Source: Deltaproteobacteria bacterium (GTDB lineage Bacteria > Myxococcota_A > UBA796 > UBA9615). From it: a stretch of 64,000 bases of DNA. Below, in pieces: positions 33,816 through 41,974 of the stretch (positions within the stretch are counted from its first letter, which is position 1; each line of letters opens with the position of its first letter). The position numbers and the translations under genes are program-made. The notes beneath the pieces are model-generated. The model was not told the DNA's origin. It did not search any database and was given only the letters and a program-made list of their open reading frames with translations. The stretch is from assembly GCA_023954745.1 (NCBI GenBank), contig JAGSHC010000001.1:14356-78355 (forward strand), written 5' to 3'.

Positions 33816-34139
33816 TCAGTCGTCGCCCTTGGAGTCGTCGTCACCCGAGTCGTCATCGTCACCCGAGTCGTCGTCGTCACCCGTCGCGTCATCGTCGTCG
33901 TCGTCGCCCTTGGAGTCGTCGTCGTCGCCCGTCGCGTCGTCGTCATCGTCGCCCGTCGCGTCGTCGTCATCAGTGATCGGGTCGTCGTCTTCGGCCCCCA
34001 CGATGGCGTCCGCCGAGTCGTCGTCGTCCCGTCCCCCAGAGGGGTTTGAGCCCGGAGGTCCAGCGGGGAATGGGTAGCCCGAACCACCGCAGGCCGCGAC
34101 GAAGAGAACAAGGATGAGAAGAACGAAGAACGAGCGCAT
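33816..34139 (-). CDS. Small Asp-rich lipoprotein
   Basis: MRSFFVLLILVLFVAA-C lipobox followed by (T/S/K)GDDDD(A/S) repeats. Confidence 0.7.
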   Translation of the reverse strand: MRSFFVLLILVLFVAACGGSGYPFPAGPPGSNPSGGRDDDDSADAIVGAEDDDPITDDDDATGDDDDDATGDDDDSKGDDDDDDATGDDDDSGDDDDSGDDDSKGDD

Positions 34140-34164
34140 GGAGGCATGCTGGCACACAGCATCT

Positions 34165-34180
34165 TGCTACTTTGTAACAG
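34165..34180. promoter_or_regulatory. Extended -10 promoter plus operator-like motif of the STAND regulator
   Basis: TG-C-TACTTT 7 nt before ATG 34181, overlapping TTTGTAACAG whose reverse complement recurs at 37002-37011. Confidence 0.55.
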
Positions 34181-37021
34181 ATGCCCGAACTCATCCTGGG
34201 AGACACGAAGATCGACCTCTCCAACGGTCTCGTGACCGGCCCGGGGGGGGAGTTCACCCTCACTCCCCGAGAGCACACCCTCATCGAGATCCTCGCCTTG
34301 GTGCCAGGCCAGGTGGTGTCCCGCCAGCAGCTTGCTGGGGAGGGGCCAACCCGCGCCGCGGACATGGCGTTGAGCCGGCTTCGTCGTCGGCTCGGCGAGG
34401 CGGGTCGCCACATCGCGACCGTCCGAGGAGTTGGCTATCGACTCGAGCTGGGTGGTGAGGCGGTCCTGGACCTCGGGTGGGGACGGCTGGACCTGCCGGG
34501 TCGCACGGTGCGCGTCGGCGAGAGCCGGACGCGGCTCTCACCTCAAAGCGCTCGTCTGTTGGACCTGCTTGCTCAGACGCCGGGGCGCCCCGTTCCTCGG
34601 ACCACCCTGGCTCGGGAGTTGTGGGGCAGCGCCTCGGAGCAAGCGCGGTTGGACGTCGCCGTGCATCGACTGCGGCAGGGCCTCGAGCTCGACCCGGCGC
34701 AGCCTCGGTTCGTGGTGTCGGTCCCCGAGAGAGGTCTGGTCCTCCTGGATGCGCGGCTCGCCCGACAGAGCCACGTCCGCCCGCGCGCTGCTGCCTTGCT
34801 GGGGCGGGACCAGCTCCTTCGTCGGATCCTCCAGGTGCTGGAGAGCTCCCACGCGCGGCTGATGCTTCAGGGTCCACCGGGAATCGGGAAGTCCGCGTTG
34901 GCGACGGCCGTCGCTGCGCGTTGGCTGCTCCACGCGGGTCGGAGTCATCACGCCATCGACCTGCACGGAAGCGGCTCGGTCACCGAGGCGGAAGCGCGGC
35001 TGGCCGCATCCCTGGGCATGGAGGACGTAGGAGATGACGAGGCGCTCTCCAGGTCCCTGGCAGCTCGGGGCGCGCTTCTCCTCGTCTTCGATGGGGACCC
35101 GCCGGCAGAGTTCGCCGCCCGCCTCGCACGGATCGCCGACCTCACGAAGTCACTGCGCCTCCTGGTGGCCGGACGGCGCACGCTCCCCAGCTACGACACC
35201 CTCGTTGTCGACGGGCTCTCCATCGAAGCGGCGACGACGCTCCTCGAGCGGAGGGCCGGCCGCTCTCTGGTGGGAGTCGACGCGCGACTGGTGGGGCGTC
35301 TCCAGGGCAATCCCCTGGCCATCGAGCTGGTGGGGAGTCGACTTCGGGGCGGCTCTGACGCTCGCCTCGCTCGAGATCTCGACCTGCCACTCATTCCATT
35401 GCGCCGTGCCTGGAGGACCGCGCTCGAGCCTCTCTCGGACGAAGTGCGCCGAGTTGCAGCCCACGCCAGTCGGTTCCACCGACCGTTCAGTGTCGAAGAC
35501 CTTGCGGCGGTCGTGGATCTGTCGCTCGAGGAGGCAGGGCGGCATGCGGGGCACCTCGTGGCCGAGTCGGTGTTCCGGGTCGTGCCAGGGGGCACGCTCG
35601 CCGTTCCTCACGCCGCACGCGAGTTCCTCGCCGGTGAGGCGCGTTGGTTGCCGCGGGCGAGGTACCAGGTCCGCTGTCTCGATGTGCTCGCGCAGCTCGT
35701 CGCGGATGTGCCGAGGCTCGGTGGCGCGGCGATGAGGACCCTCGAGCAGCGATGGCCGGACCTGCGCCGGGGCCTCGACGCCGCGACGGCAGCCAAGGGG
35801 ATGCCGCTCCTGGCGAGCTTGGCCCGGGAGACGGCGGAGCGGATCCCACGGGCCCGCGCCGACGGGTTCGCGGAGCAGCTCCTCTCTGGCGCGGAGGACT
35901 CGTCCCTCTCGGGTCTCACCCGGGCGAGCTGCTTGAGGGGAGTCCACGCGATGCGTTGGTCGCGTCAGAGCCGAGCTGAGCGGGAGCAGCTCCTGCGCAC
36001 AGCGCTCGAGTTGGCCAACCACGATGGGACTGTCGCTGCAGGAGTGGCCGCGGAGTTGGCGAGCATCGTGGCGTTCTCGTGGGGGCTGGACGAGGCGCGG
36101 CGTCTCCTGGATGACCATCCGCTCCCCAGCGACGCCCCCGCTGCCGACCGCGTCGCGCGCTACCGCCACGAGGGCCGGCTCGGGGTCTACGCCGGCAAGC
36201 CCGGTCAGGGGTTGGCCCGACTGCGCGAGGCCGTGCAGCTCGCCTCCGATGAGGAGCTTCCCCTGCTCGAAGCCCGATGCCGGATGGCTCTCGGTCAGGC
36301 GCTGAGCGTGGGAACCCTCGGGCGAGAGGCAGAACACCATCTGCACCGCGCGATGGCGCTGACCCACGACCATGAGCTGCCTGAGCAGCATGTGAGGGCG
36401 ACGCTCCGCCTCGCCCAGCATCTCCTCCGCCTGGGCTTGCGCTCAGACTCCCAGGAGCTGCTGGACTCGGCCCTCGACTCGGCGGTGCGGGCGGGTCTCC
36501 TCCGGCTCGAAGAGCAATGCGCCTCCACGCTCGGCTTCCTGCGCATCGGGACCGAGGACTTCACCGCTGCGCTGGCGAACCTCGACCGCGCAATCACCCT
36601 CAGCGAACGCCACGGCGGGCAGCGGGCGTTGTACGTGGCCCTCGCAAATCGGGGGCTCGCCCTCGCGCTCTCCGGCCGCCCCGGGCAGGCGCGGCAGGAC
36701 CTCGACGCCGCCCTCGGCAGTGCCCGAGGAGGGGGTGGCTGGTATCGCGTCCTGGGGCTGTCGTACCGCGCGGTCGCCGAGCTTCTCGATGGGGATGGCG
36801 CCGCCGCGATCAGCACGGTCGCTGAAGCTCGCGAGACCCTGGTGGAGCAAGAGCACAGCTCGGCCGCATCGCTGGACGAAGCCCTCGGCGTTCTCGACGG
36901 TCTCGCTCGATCCCGTCTCTCTCCCGACCATGTCCAGGCCTGGTGCGGAGCGTGGGGAGGGGGAGCGGAGGTGGAGGGCGTCGTCGCTGGCCTGAGGAGG
37001 GCTGTTACAAACGGAAAGTAG
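34181..37021 (+). CDS. STAND-type transcriptional regulator: two OmpR-like winged-HTH domains + P-loop NTPase + TPR
   Basis: LTPREHTLIEILA...RLRRRL...IATVRGVGYRL and LSPQSARLLDLLA...HRLRQGLELDPAQPRFV; LLGRD, QGPPGIGKSALA, LQGNPLAIEL; C-terminal TPR helices. Confidence 0.88.
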   Translation: MPELILGDTKIDLSNGLVTGPGGEFTLTPREHTLIEILALVPGQVVSRQQLAGEGPTRAADMALSRLRRRLGEAGRHIATVRGVGYRLELGGEAVLDLGWGRLDLPGRTVRVGESRTRLSPQSARLLDLLAQTPGRPVPRTTLARELWGSASEQARLDVAVHRLRQGLELDPAQPRFVVSVPERGLVLLDARLARQSHVRPRAAALLGRDQLLRRILQVLESSHARLMLQGPPGIGKSALATAVAARWLLHAGRSHHAIDLHGSGSVTEAEARLAASLGMEDVGDDEALSRSLAARGALLLVFDGDPPAEFAARLARIADLTKSLRLLVAGRRTLPSYDTLVVDGLSIEAATTLLERRAGRSLVGVDARLVGRLQGNPLAIELVGSRLRGGSDARLARDLDLPLIPLRRAWRTALEPLSDEVRRVAAHASRFHRPFSVEDLAAVVDLSLEEAGRHAGHLVAESVFRVVPGGTLAVPHAAREFLAGEARWLPRARYQVRCLDVLAQLVADVPRLGGAAMRTLEQRWPDLRRGLDAATAAKGMPLLASLARETAERIPRARADGFAEQLLSGAEDSSLSGLTRASCLRGVHAMRWSRQSRAEREQLLRTALELANHDGTVAAGVAAELASIVAFSWGLDEARRLLDDHPLPSDAPAADRVARYRHEGRLGVYAGKPGQGLARLREAVQLASDEELPLLEARCRMALGQALSVGTLGREAEHHLHRAMALTHDHELPEQHVRATLRLAQHLLRLGLRSDSQELLDSALDSAVRAGLLRLEEQCASTLGFLRIGTEDFTAALANLDRAITLSERHGGQRALYVALANRGLALALSGRPGQARQDLDAALGSARGGGGWYRVLGLSYRAVAELLDGDGAAAISTVAEARETLVEQEHSSAASLDEALGVLDGLARSRLSPDHVQAWCGAWGGGAEVEGVVAGLRRAVTNGK

Positions 37022-37056
37022 TGGAATCTAGGCTGGTCTCCACCAAGGAGGTACCC

Positions 37057-38652
37057 ATGCTTCGAGTCCATCACATTCCGCTGGCGCTACTGGTTCTGGG
37101 TCTCGGCTGCGTGCCCGAGCCCGCCGAGGTTCCGGAGCCCTACGACGACGGCGAACCCGACGACAGCTACACCGACGACGACGACGCGACTGACTACCCG
37201 ACCGACGACGACGACGCCACCAGCGACGACGACGACATGGCGGGCGACGACGACGACGACGCCACCAGCGACGACGACGACCTGGCGGGAGACGACGACG
37301 ACGACGTCGAGCCGCCACCGGAGGACGGCGACGGCGATGCCTGCCTGGACGCGTTCGAGGCGACGACGACGGCGTTCGTCTCGGCGGACGACAGCAACTC
37401 CCAGGCAGACCCCGTGCACAACCAGGGCCTCGTGTCCGGTGGCGTGCGGCCCTCGTCTGCCAAGGCCTGGGAGTACCTCAACTACGCCGAGTTCGACTTC
37501 GCTCCCGCGTCGGCGGGGAGCATTCGTATTGAGCCCCAGCTCCTGGAGCATCCCTCCGAGCCGGGTCGCTATGACCTGATGGTCGCGGTGGTGGCGCCGG
37601 ACCTCGACCCGACGGCTCGCGAGCCAATGAATCTCGTGTTCGCCGTGGACACGTCCTGCTCCATGAGCGGCTCGAGTCTCGCTGCAGCGAAGCAGACACT
37701 CGAGGCCATTGCTGGAAGCCTCGAAGGCGACGACGTCGTCTCCATCGTGCAATGGAGCTACAGCACGGGCCTGGTCCTCGACTCCCATCCTGTCACGGGG
37801 CCCGACGACATCACGCTCCTCAACGCCATCGACGGGCTCAGCACCGGCGGCGGGACGAACCTCAACGGTGGCCTCATGGCCGGGTTTGAGCTCGCTCAGG
37901 ACAACTACCTGCCGTCCCGGACGAACCGGGTGGTGCTGATCTCCGACGGCGGAGCGAACGCAGGCGTCACGAGCATCGACCTCATCGCCCAGAACGCCGC
38001 CTACGGGACGGACGAGGGGATCTTCCTCGCTGGGATCGGGGTTCCGCCGGCCAACGGCTACAACGACACCCTGATGGACGACGTCACCGACGCGGGGAAG
38101 GGCTCGTACTTCTACGTCGACTCGGAGGGCGAAGCGGAGGCCCAGTTCTCCCCCGAGGGGCTGCTGCGCGCCTTCGAGGTGGCTGCCCTCGACGTGCAGC
38201 TGGCGATCACGCTCCCTCCGGGCTTCGTCATCGACGAGTTCTCAGGGGAAGAGATTGGCTGGACGCCGAGCGCGGTGGAGCCGCAGAACCTCTCGCCCAA
38301 CGACCAGATGCTCTACGAGATGGATGTGGTGGACTGCTCCGCAGACGCGGACTCCCTCGCTCACGAGTTCGTCTTCACCGTGGAGTGGATTGAGCCGGAG
38401 ACGGGCATCGCCCGCGTCGACTCCGTCACGACCAGCCTGGGCCAGTTGATGGCCGAGCCGGGACGCGAGCTCGCAAAGGCGCGGGCTCTGGTGAGTCTCG
38501 CCGAGGTGGCCAACGCTCCATGGGGCGACCAGGGCGGCGAGCTCGACAGCGCGATCAGCGAGCTCCAGACCGCGTCATCGGCGCTGCCGGCAGACCCCGA
38601 CCTGGGCTGGTTCATCGACCACGCCCAGGACTGGCGAGCGCTGATTCCCTGA
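37057..38652 (+). CDS. VWA-domain lipoprotein with Asp-rich linker
   Basis: LGLG-C lipobox, DDDDAT/GDDDD repeats, MIDAS VDTSCSMS, GGTNL, LISDGGANAG. AAGGAGG SD. Confidence 0.9.
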   Translation: MLRVHHIPLALLVLGLGCVPEPAEVPEPYDDGEPDDSYTDDDDATDYPTDDDDATSDDDDMAGDDDDDATSDDDDLAGDDDDDVEPPPEDGDGDACLDAFEATTTAFVSADDSNSQADPVHNQGLVSGGVRPSSAKAWEYLNYAEFDFAPASAGSIRIEPQLLEHPSEPGRYDLMVAVVAPDLDPTAREPMNLVFAVDTSCSMSGSSLAAAKQTLEAIAGSLEGDDVVSIVQWSYSTGLVLDSHPVTGPDDITLLNAIDGLSTGGGTNLNGGLMAGFELAQDNYLPSRTNRVVLISDGGANAGVTSIDLIAQNAAYGTDEGIFLAGIGVPPANGYNDTLMDDVTDAGKGSYFYVDSEGEAEAQFSPEGLLRAFEVAALDVQLAITLPPGFVIDEFSGEEIGWTPSAVEPQNLSPNDQMLYEMDVVDCSADADSLAHEFVFTVEWIEPETGIARVDSVTTSLGQLMAEPGRELAKARALVSLAEVANAPWGDQGGELDSAISELQTASSALPADPDLGWFIDHAQDWRALIP

Positions 38653-38714
38653 TTCCCGCGGCGCCCACGTTCGCCAGTCACGCCCATTGGGCGCGTCAGC
38701 GGGTCTCTCGTGCT

Positions 38715-39575
38715 CTACCGGGCGGCGATCTCCGGGTTCAACGCGTTGTCGAACGCCGCCTCACCACCGGGTCCCTGGCTCTCGCCGAGATCGCCATCTT
38801 CGCGCCGAATCTCTCGGAGGCGTTCCGCGGCCGTCGGTACGTCGATGCCGTGCTCTTCAATGGCCTTGAGGATCACGTCCTGCATCACCGGGTACTTCTC
38901 GGCGCAGTACTGCTCGCTATCCAGCTCGCGGGTCTTGCCGACCAGCTTTCCGTAGAACAGGCGCCCGTACACGTCTGCGGGAACCCCGAAGACGCAGGTG
39001 GCCTGGGTGTCGAACAAGATGAACTGGCGCTTGAGCTTCTTCTTCCCCGTGATGCCCAGCTCGTCGAGGCGCTGGTCGGACTCGCTCTCCTCGTAGATGG
39101 GAGAGAAGTGCCGGATGCCGTACTCCTGGCTGTAGAACCGGCGGTTGCGCCGAATCACCGACTCCATCTGCTCGGGGATGGTCGACTGGGCGCGAATGGA
39201 CCCGTCCGCCAGGTAGGGGACCTCGTTCTGGAGGCACCAGTAGATGGCGAAGGCGTGCATCGACAGTCGGCACCCGAGGCACACGAGCGAGCTCATGTTG
39301 AAGCCGTACTCGCGCAGGTCCGCCCCCACATCCACTCCCAGGATGTCCTTGATGAAGTGGCGGATGTCGATGATTCGGTGCTCGACGCGGTCGGCGCCGA
39401 ACCGCTCCTGCAGGGCCTCGGCGTGGACCTTGGTGTTGTCGAGGAACAGCAGGTAGCCGGGGTCGAAGGTGAGCAGCGTGACCTTGTCGCACTCGTCCAG
39501 CATCTGAGCGGCGGCGAGGGTCGAGTCGGTGCCTCCCGAAAAGAGGACGGCCGCATGGGCCTTTCGTTTCGTCAC
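38715..39575 (-). CDS. PP-loop (adenine nucleotide alpha-hydrolase; QueC/ThiI/TtuA-like) protein
   Basis: AVLFSGGTDST PP-loop, CLGCRLSMH, TQATC. GTG 39575 overlaps the aminotransferase stop. Confidence 0.75.
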   Translation of the reverse strand: MTKRKAHAAVLFSGGTDSTLAAAQMLDECDKVTLLTFDPGYLLFLDNTKVHAEALQERFGADRVEHRIIDIRHFIKDILGVDVGADLREYGFNMSSLVCLGCRLSMHAFAIYWCLQNEVPYLADGSIRAQSTIPEQMESVIRRNRRFYSQEYGIRHFSPIYEESESDQRLDELGITGKKKLKRQFILFDTQATCVFGVPADVYGRLFYGKLVGKTRELDSEQYCAEKYPVMQDVILKAIEEHGIDVPTAAERLREIRREDGDLGESQGPGGEAAFDNALNPEIAAR

Positions 39576-40750
39576 GTGACGGCTCCGGTGGAGGTCGAGC
39601 GAGTAATCCCAGGCGGTCGCAGGCTCAGCGATCGCTCGAGGGCAGAGACGGTGCGGTCCACTTCGTCGTAGGTCATCCCCGGGAAGCAGGGCAGCGACAA
39701 CACGTGGTTGCTCAGGTGCTCCGCGACCGGAAGGGCGCGCTCGGTGGGATATGGGGCCATCTGGTGGCAGGGCACGGGGTAGTGGAGTCCGACGCCGACC
39801 TGGTGCTCGTCGATCATCTGGTTGAAGACCCGGTCTCGCACCGAGGCGTCGGTGCCCAAGGTCAGCTCCACCACGAAGAGGTGGTAGACGTGCCGCGGGT
39901 CGTCGGCGGGCAGCTTCATGACGTGGCTGTGTGCGCTGAGGCGCTCGCGGTAGGCGTCCGCGATGGCGCGCCGCTGCTGGGTCCACTGCCGCAGGTGCTT
40001 CAGCTTCACGCGCAGACAGGCCGCCTGAATGTCGTCGAAGCGGGAGTTCACCCCGACCTCGCTCACGCGGTGTTTGCCGGCGCGGCCATGGTTCCGCAGG
40101 GAGCGGATGCGGTTGGCGTGTCGCTTCGTCTTGCTGATGACGAACCCGCCATCCCCGAGGGCCCCGAGGTTCTTCCCGGGGTAGAAGCTGTAGCAAGTGA
40201 GGTCGGTGTCCTGGGACACGTCGGGCGACGCGTGGCTCTGGGCCGCGTCGCCGATGAGCCAGATGTCGTTTCGCTCGGCGGATTCGAGGACTTCGCGGAT
40301 CCCCGCGCAGTCGGCTCGCCGGCCGTACAGATGGATCGGGATGACGGCCTTGATGGCGTCGGCCCCGGGCTCGTCGAGGATGCGCGCGAGATCTGCAGGG
40401 TCCAGGGAGCGCGTCGCTGGGTGCGCGTCACAGAAGACCACCCGCGCTCCGGTGCGCGCGATGGACTCGGGTGTGGCCACGAACGAGTTGGACACGGTGA
40501 CGACCGCGTCGCCAGGGCCGACGTCCAGCGCTCGCAGAGCGAGGTAGAGGGCGTCGGAGCCCGAGCCGCAGCACACACCGGTGCCCCCGCCTTCGTGGCG
40601 GGCGAACTCCGCTTCGAACGCCTCGGTCTCGGGGCCCAGGAGGTAGCGGCTGGAAGCGACCACGCGGGCGAAGGCCTCTCCGAGGTCCTTCGCGATGGGG
40701 TCGTGCATCCGCCGGAGGTCGACCAGCGGGAGAAAGTCGGGACGCGTCAT
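39572..40750 (-). CDS. DegT/DnrJ/EryC1/StrS PLP-dependent sugar aminotransferase
   Basis: SGSDALYLAL, PIHLYG, DAAQSH, SFYPGKNLGALGDGG, NSRFDDIQAA, LSLPCFPG. Confidence 0.96.
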   Translation of the reverse strand: MTRPDFLPLVDLRRMHDPIAKDLGEAFARVVASSRYLLGPETEAFEAEFARHEGGGTGVCCGSGSDALYLALRALDVGPGDAVVTVSNSFVATPESIARTGARVVFCDAHPATRSLDPADLARILDEPGADAIKAVIPIHLYGRRADCAGIREVLESAERNDIWLIGDAAQSHASPDVSQDTDLTCYSFYPGKNLGALGDGGFVISKTKRHANRIRSLRNHGRAGKHRVSEVGVNSRFDDIQAACLRVKLKHLRQWTQQRRAIADAYRERLSAHSHVMKLPADDPRHVYHLFVVELTLGTDASVRDRVFNQMIDEHQVGVGLHYPVPCHQMAPYPTERALPVAEHLSNHVLSLPCFPGMTYDEVDRTVSALERSLSLRPPGITRSTSTGAVT

Positions 40751-40814
40751 GCGCTGGAAACGTACCCGATCCGTGCTCCGCGCCGTCGCTTCCGGCGACG
40801 CGGAGCGTGTGGAT

Positions 40815-41135
40815 CTACTGGAGCGCTGCCGTGAAGGCCGACGCCTTGGCGGGGTCCTTGGCGAGCTCGAACATGGCCGCCTCGAACTGCTCGAGGGTCA
40901 TGCCCGCTTCGGACAGCAGCTTGTCGGCGTCGCCGGGGTTCGCCCGGAGCGCAGCGGCGAGGCTGATCAGAGCATCCGCCCCTTCGGCCGCCGGCGCGTT
41001 GTTTGCCGGCGCTTCGTCGGCCACCGGGGCCTCCGCTGCGGGTTCTGGCGCGGGGTCAGAGGCCGGCTCGGAGCCGCCACAGCCAGCGAGGGCCAGCAGC
41101 GATGCGGCGAGGAGAGTCGTGAGAGTGCGGTTCAT
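40815..41135 (-). CDS. Small Ala/Pro-rich lipoprotein
   Basis: LLALAG-C lipobox; short helical C-terminal domain. Confidence 0.7.
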   Translation of the reverse strand: MNRTLTTLLAASLLALAGCGGSEPASDPAPEPAAEAPVADEAPANNAPAAEGADALISLAAALRANPGDADKLLSEAGMTLEQFEAAMFELAKDPAKASAFTAALQ

Positions 41136-41137
41136 GA

Positions 41138-41944
41138 CTACTTGCCCCCCTGTCCGTTGTCCGAGCCACCACCGCGATTCGCGTCACGGCGGGCCTTGCC
41201 GGCTGACTCGCTCGGCTTCCCGGCGTTCTTGTCGTTGGAGTCCTTGCGCGCCTTGCCGGCGCTCTCCGGCTTGTTGGCGTCCTTGCGCGCCTTGCCGCGG
41301 GACTCCGAGGGCTTCCCGGCAGAGCGATCGTCGGGCGCCTTCTTCGCGTCGTCCGCCATGTCCTTGCCCTTGGCCTGGCCTTCTCCAGCCATGTCCTTGC
41401 CCTTGGCCATGTCCTTGCCCTTGGCCATGTCCTTGCCCTTGGCCTGGCCTTCGCCCGCCATGTCCTTGCCCTGGCCGCGCCCGGTCCAGGTGCCGGCCTC
41501 CTTTGCGGCCTTCTTCGCCTCGCGACGCACCTGGTTCTCGGCCTTGATGGCCGTCGCGAGGTCCTGGCCCTTCTTCCCCTCGTCGAGCTGGGTCTTCACC
41601 CAACTGCCGAAGTTGCCTTCCCAGGCGTCTCCGTCGCCCTTGCTCTGGGCGGCGTCGAGCACCTCTCCCGCTTCGCTCGCGTCGAGCCCAGCGCCCTTGA
41701 CCGCGTCGATGGCGCCAGCCACCTCGTCGTCGGCCATCCCGCTCTCGCGCAGCTCCTTGGCCTTCGAGGGCAGGTCAATGGCGTCCATCAGGCGCTTCTG
41801 GGCGTCCGCGGACATCGCGGCGCCCTTGGCGCTGGCGTCGGCGGTGGCCTCGGCCTTCTTCTCTTCGTGGTGGTCCGCCAGAGCCGGCGTGGCCCACAGG
41901 GCGGCGGCTGCGAGCAGCCAGAGTCGTGTCTTCATCTTCGTCAT
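41138..41944 (-). CDS. Secreted Lys/Ala/Asp-rich hypothetical protein
   Basis: Signal peptide ending ALA; KGKDMA and SAGKARKD/GKPSES repeats. Overlaps neighbours in operon fashion. Confidence 0.7.
   Translation of the reverse strand: MTKMKTRLWLLAAAALWATPALADHHEEKKAEATADASAKGAAMSADAQKRLMDAIDLPSKAKELRESGMADDEVAGAIDAVKGAGLDASEAGEVLDAAQSKGDGDAWEGNFGSWVKTQLDEGKKGQDLATAIKAENQVRREAKKAAKEAGTWTGRGQGKDMAGEGQAKGKDMAKGKDMAKGKDMAGEGQAKGKDMADDAKKAPDDRSAGKPSESRGKARKDANKPESAGKARKDSNDKNAGKPSESAGKARRDANRGGGSDNGQGGK
41355..41475. repeat. 18-bp coding repeat (KGKDMA)
   Basis: GCCATGTCCTTGCCCTTG-type unit, five copies with AGEGQA spacers. Confidence 0.85.
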
Positions 41945-41974
41945 CCTTTCAGGGGTCCTTCTGTGGACCGGGCG

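Noticed and set aside
34150..34167. sigma54 promoter TGGCAC...TTGC upstream of the STAND regulator
   Set aside because: GG-to-GC spacing is 13 rather than the obligatory 10.
38715..39575. Calling this gene queC
   Set aside because: It lacks the QueC C-terminal Cys4 zinc motif and has no queD/queE neighbours.
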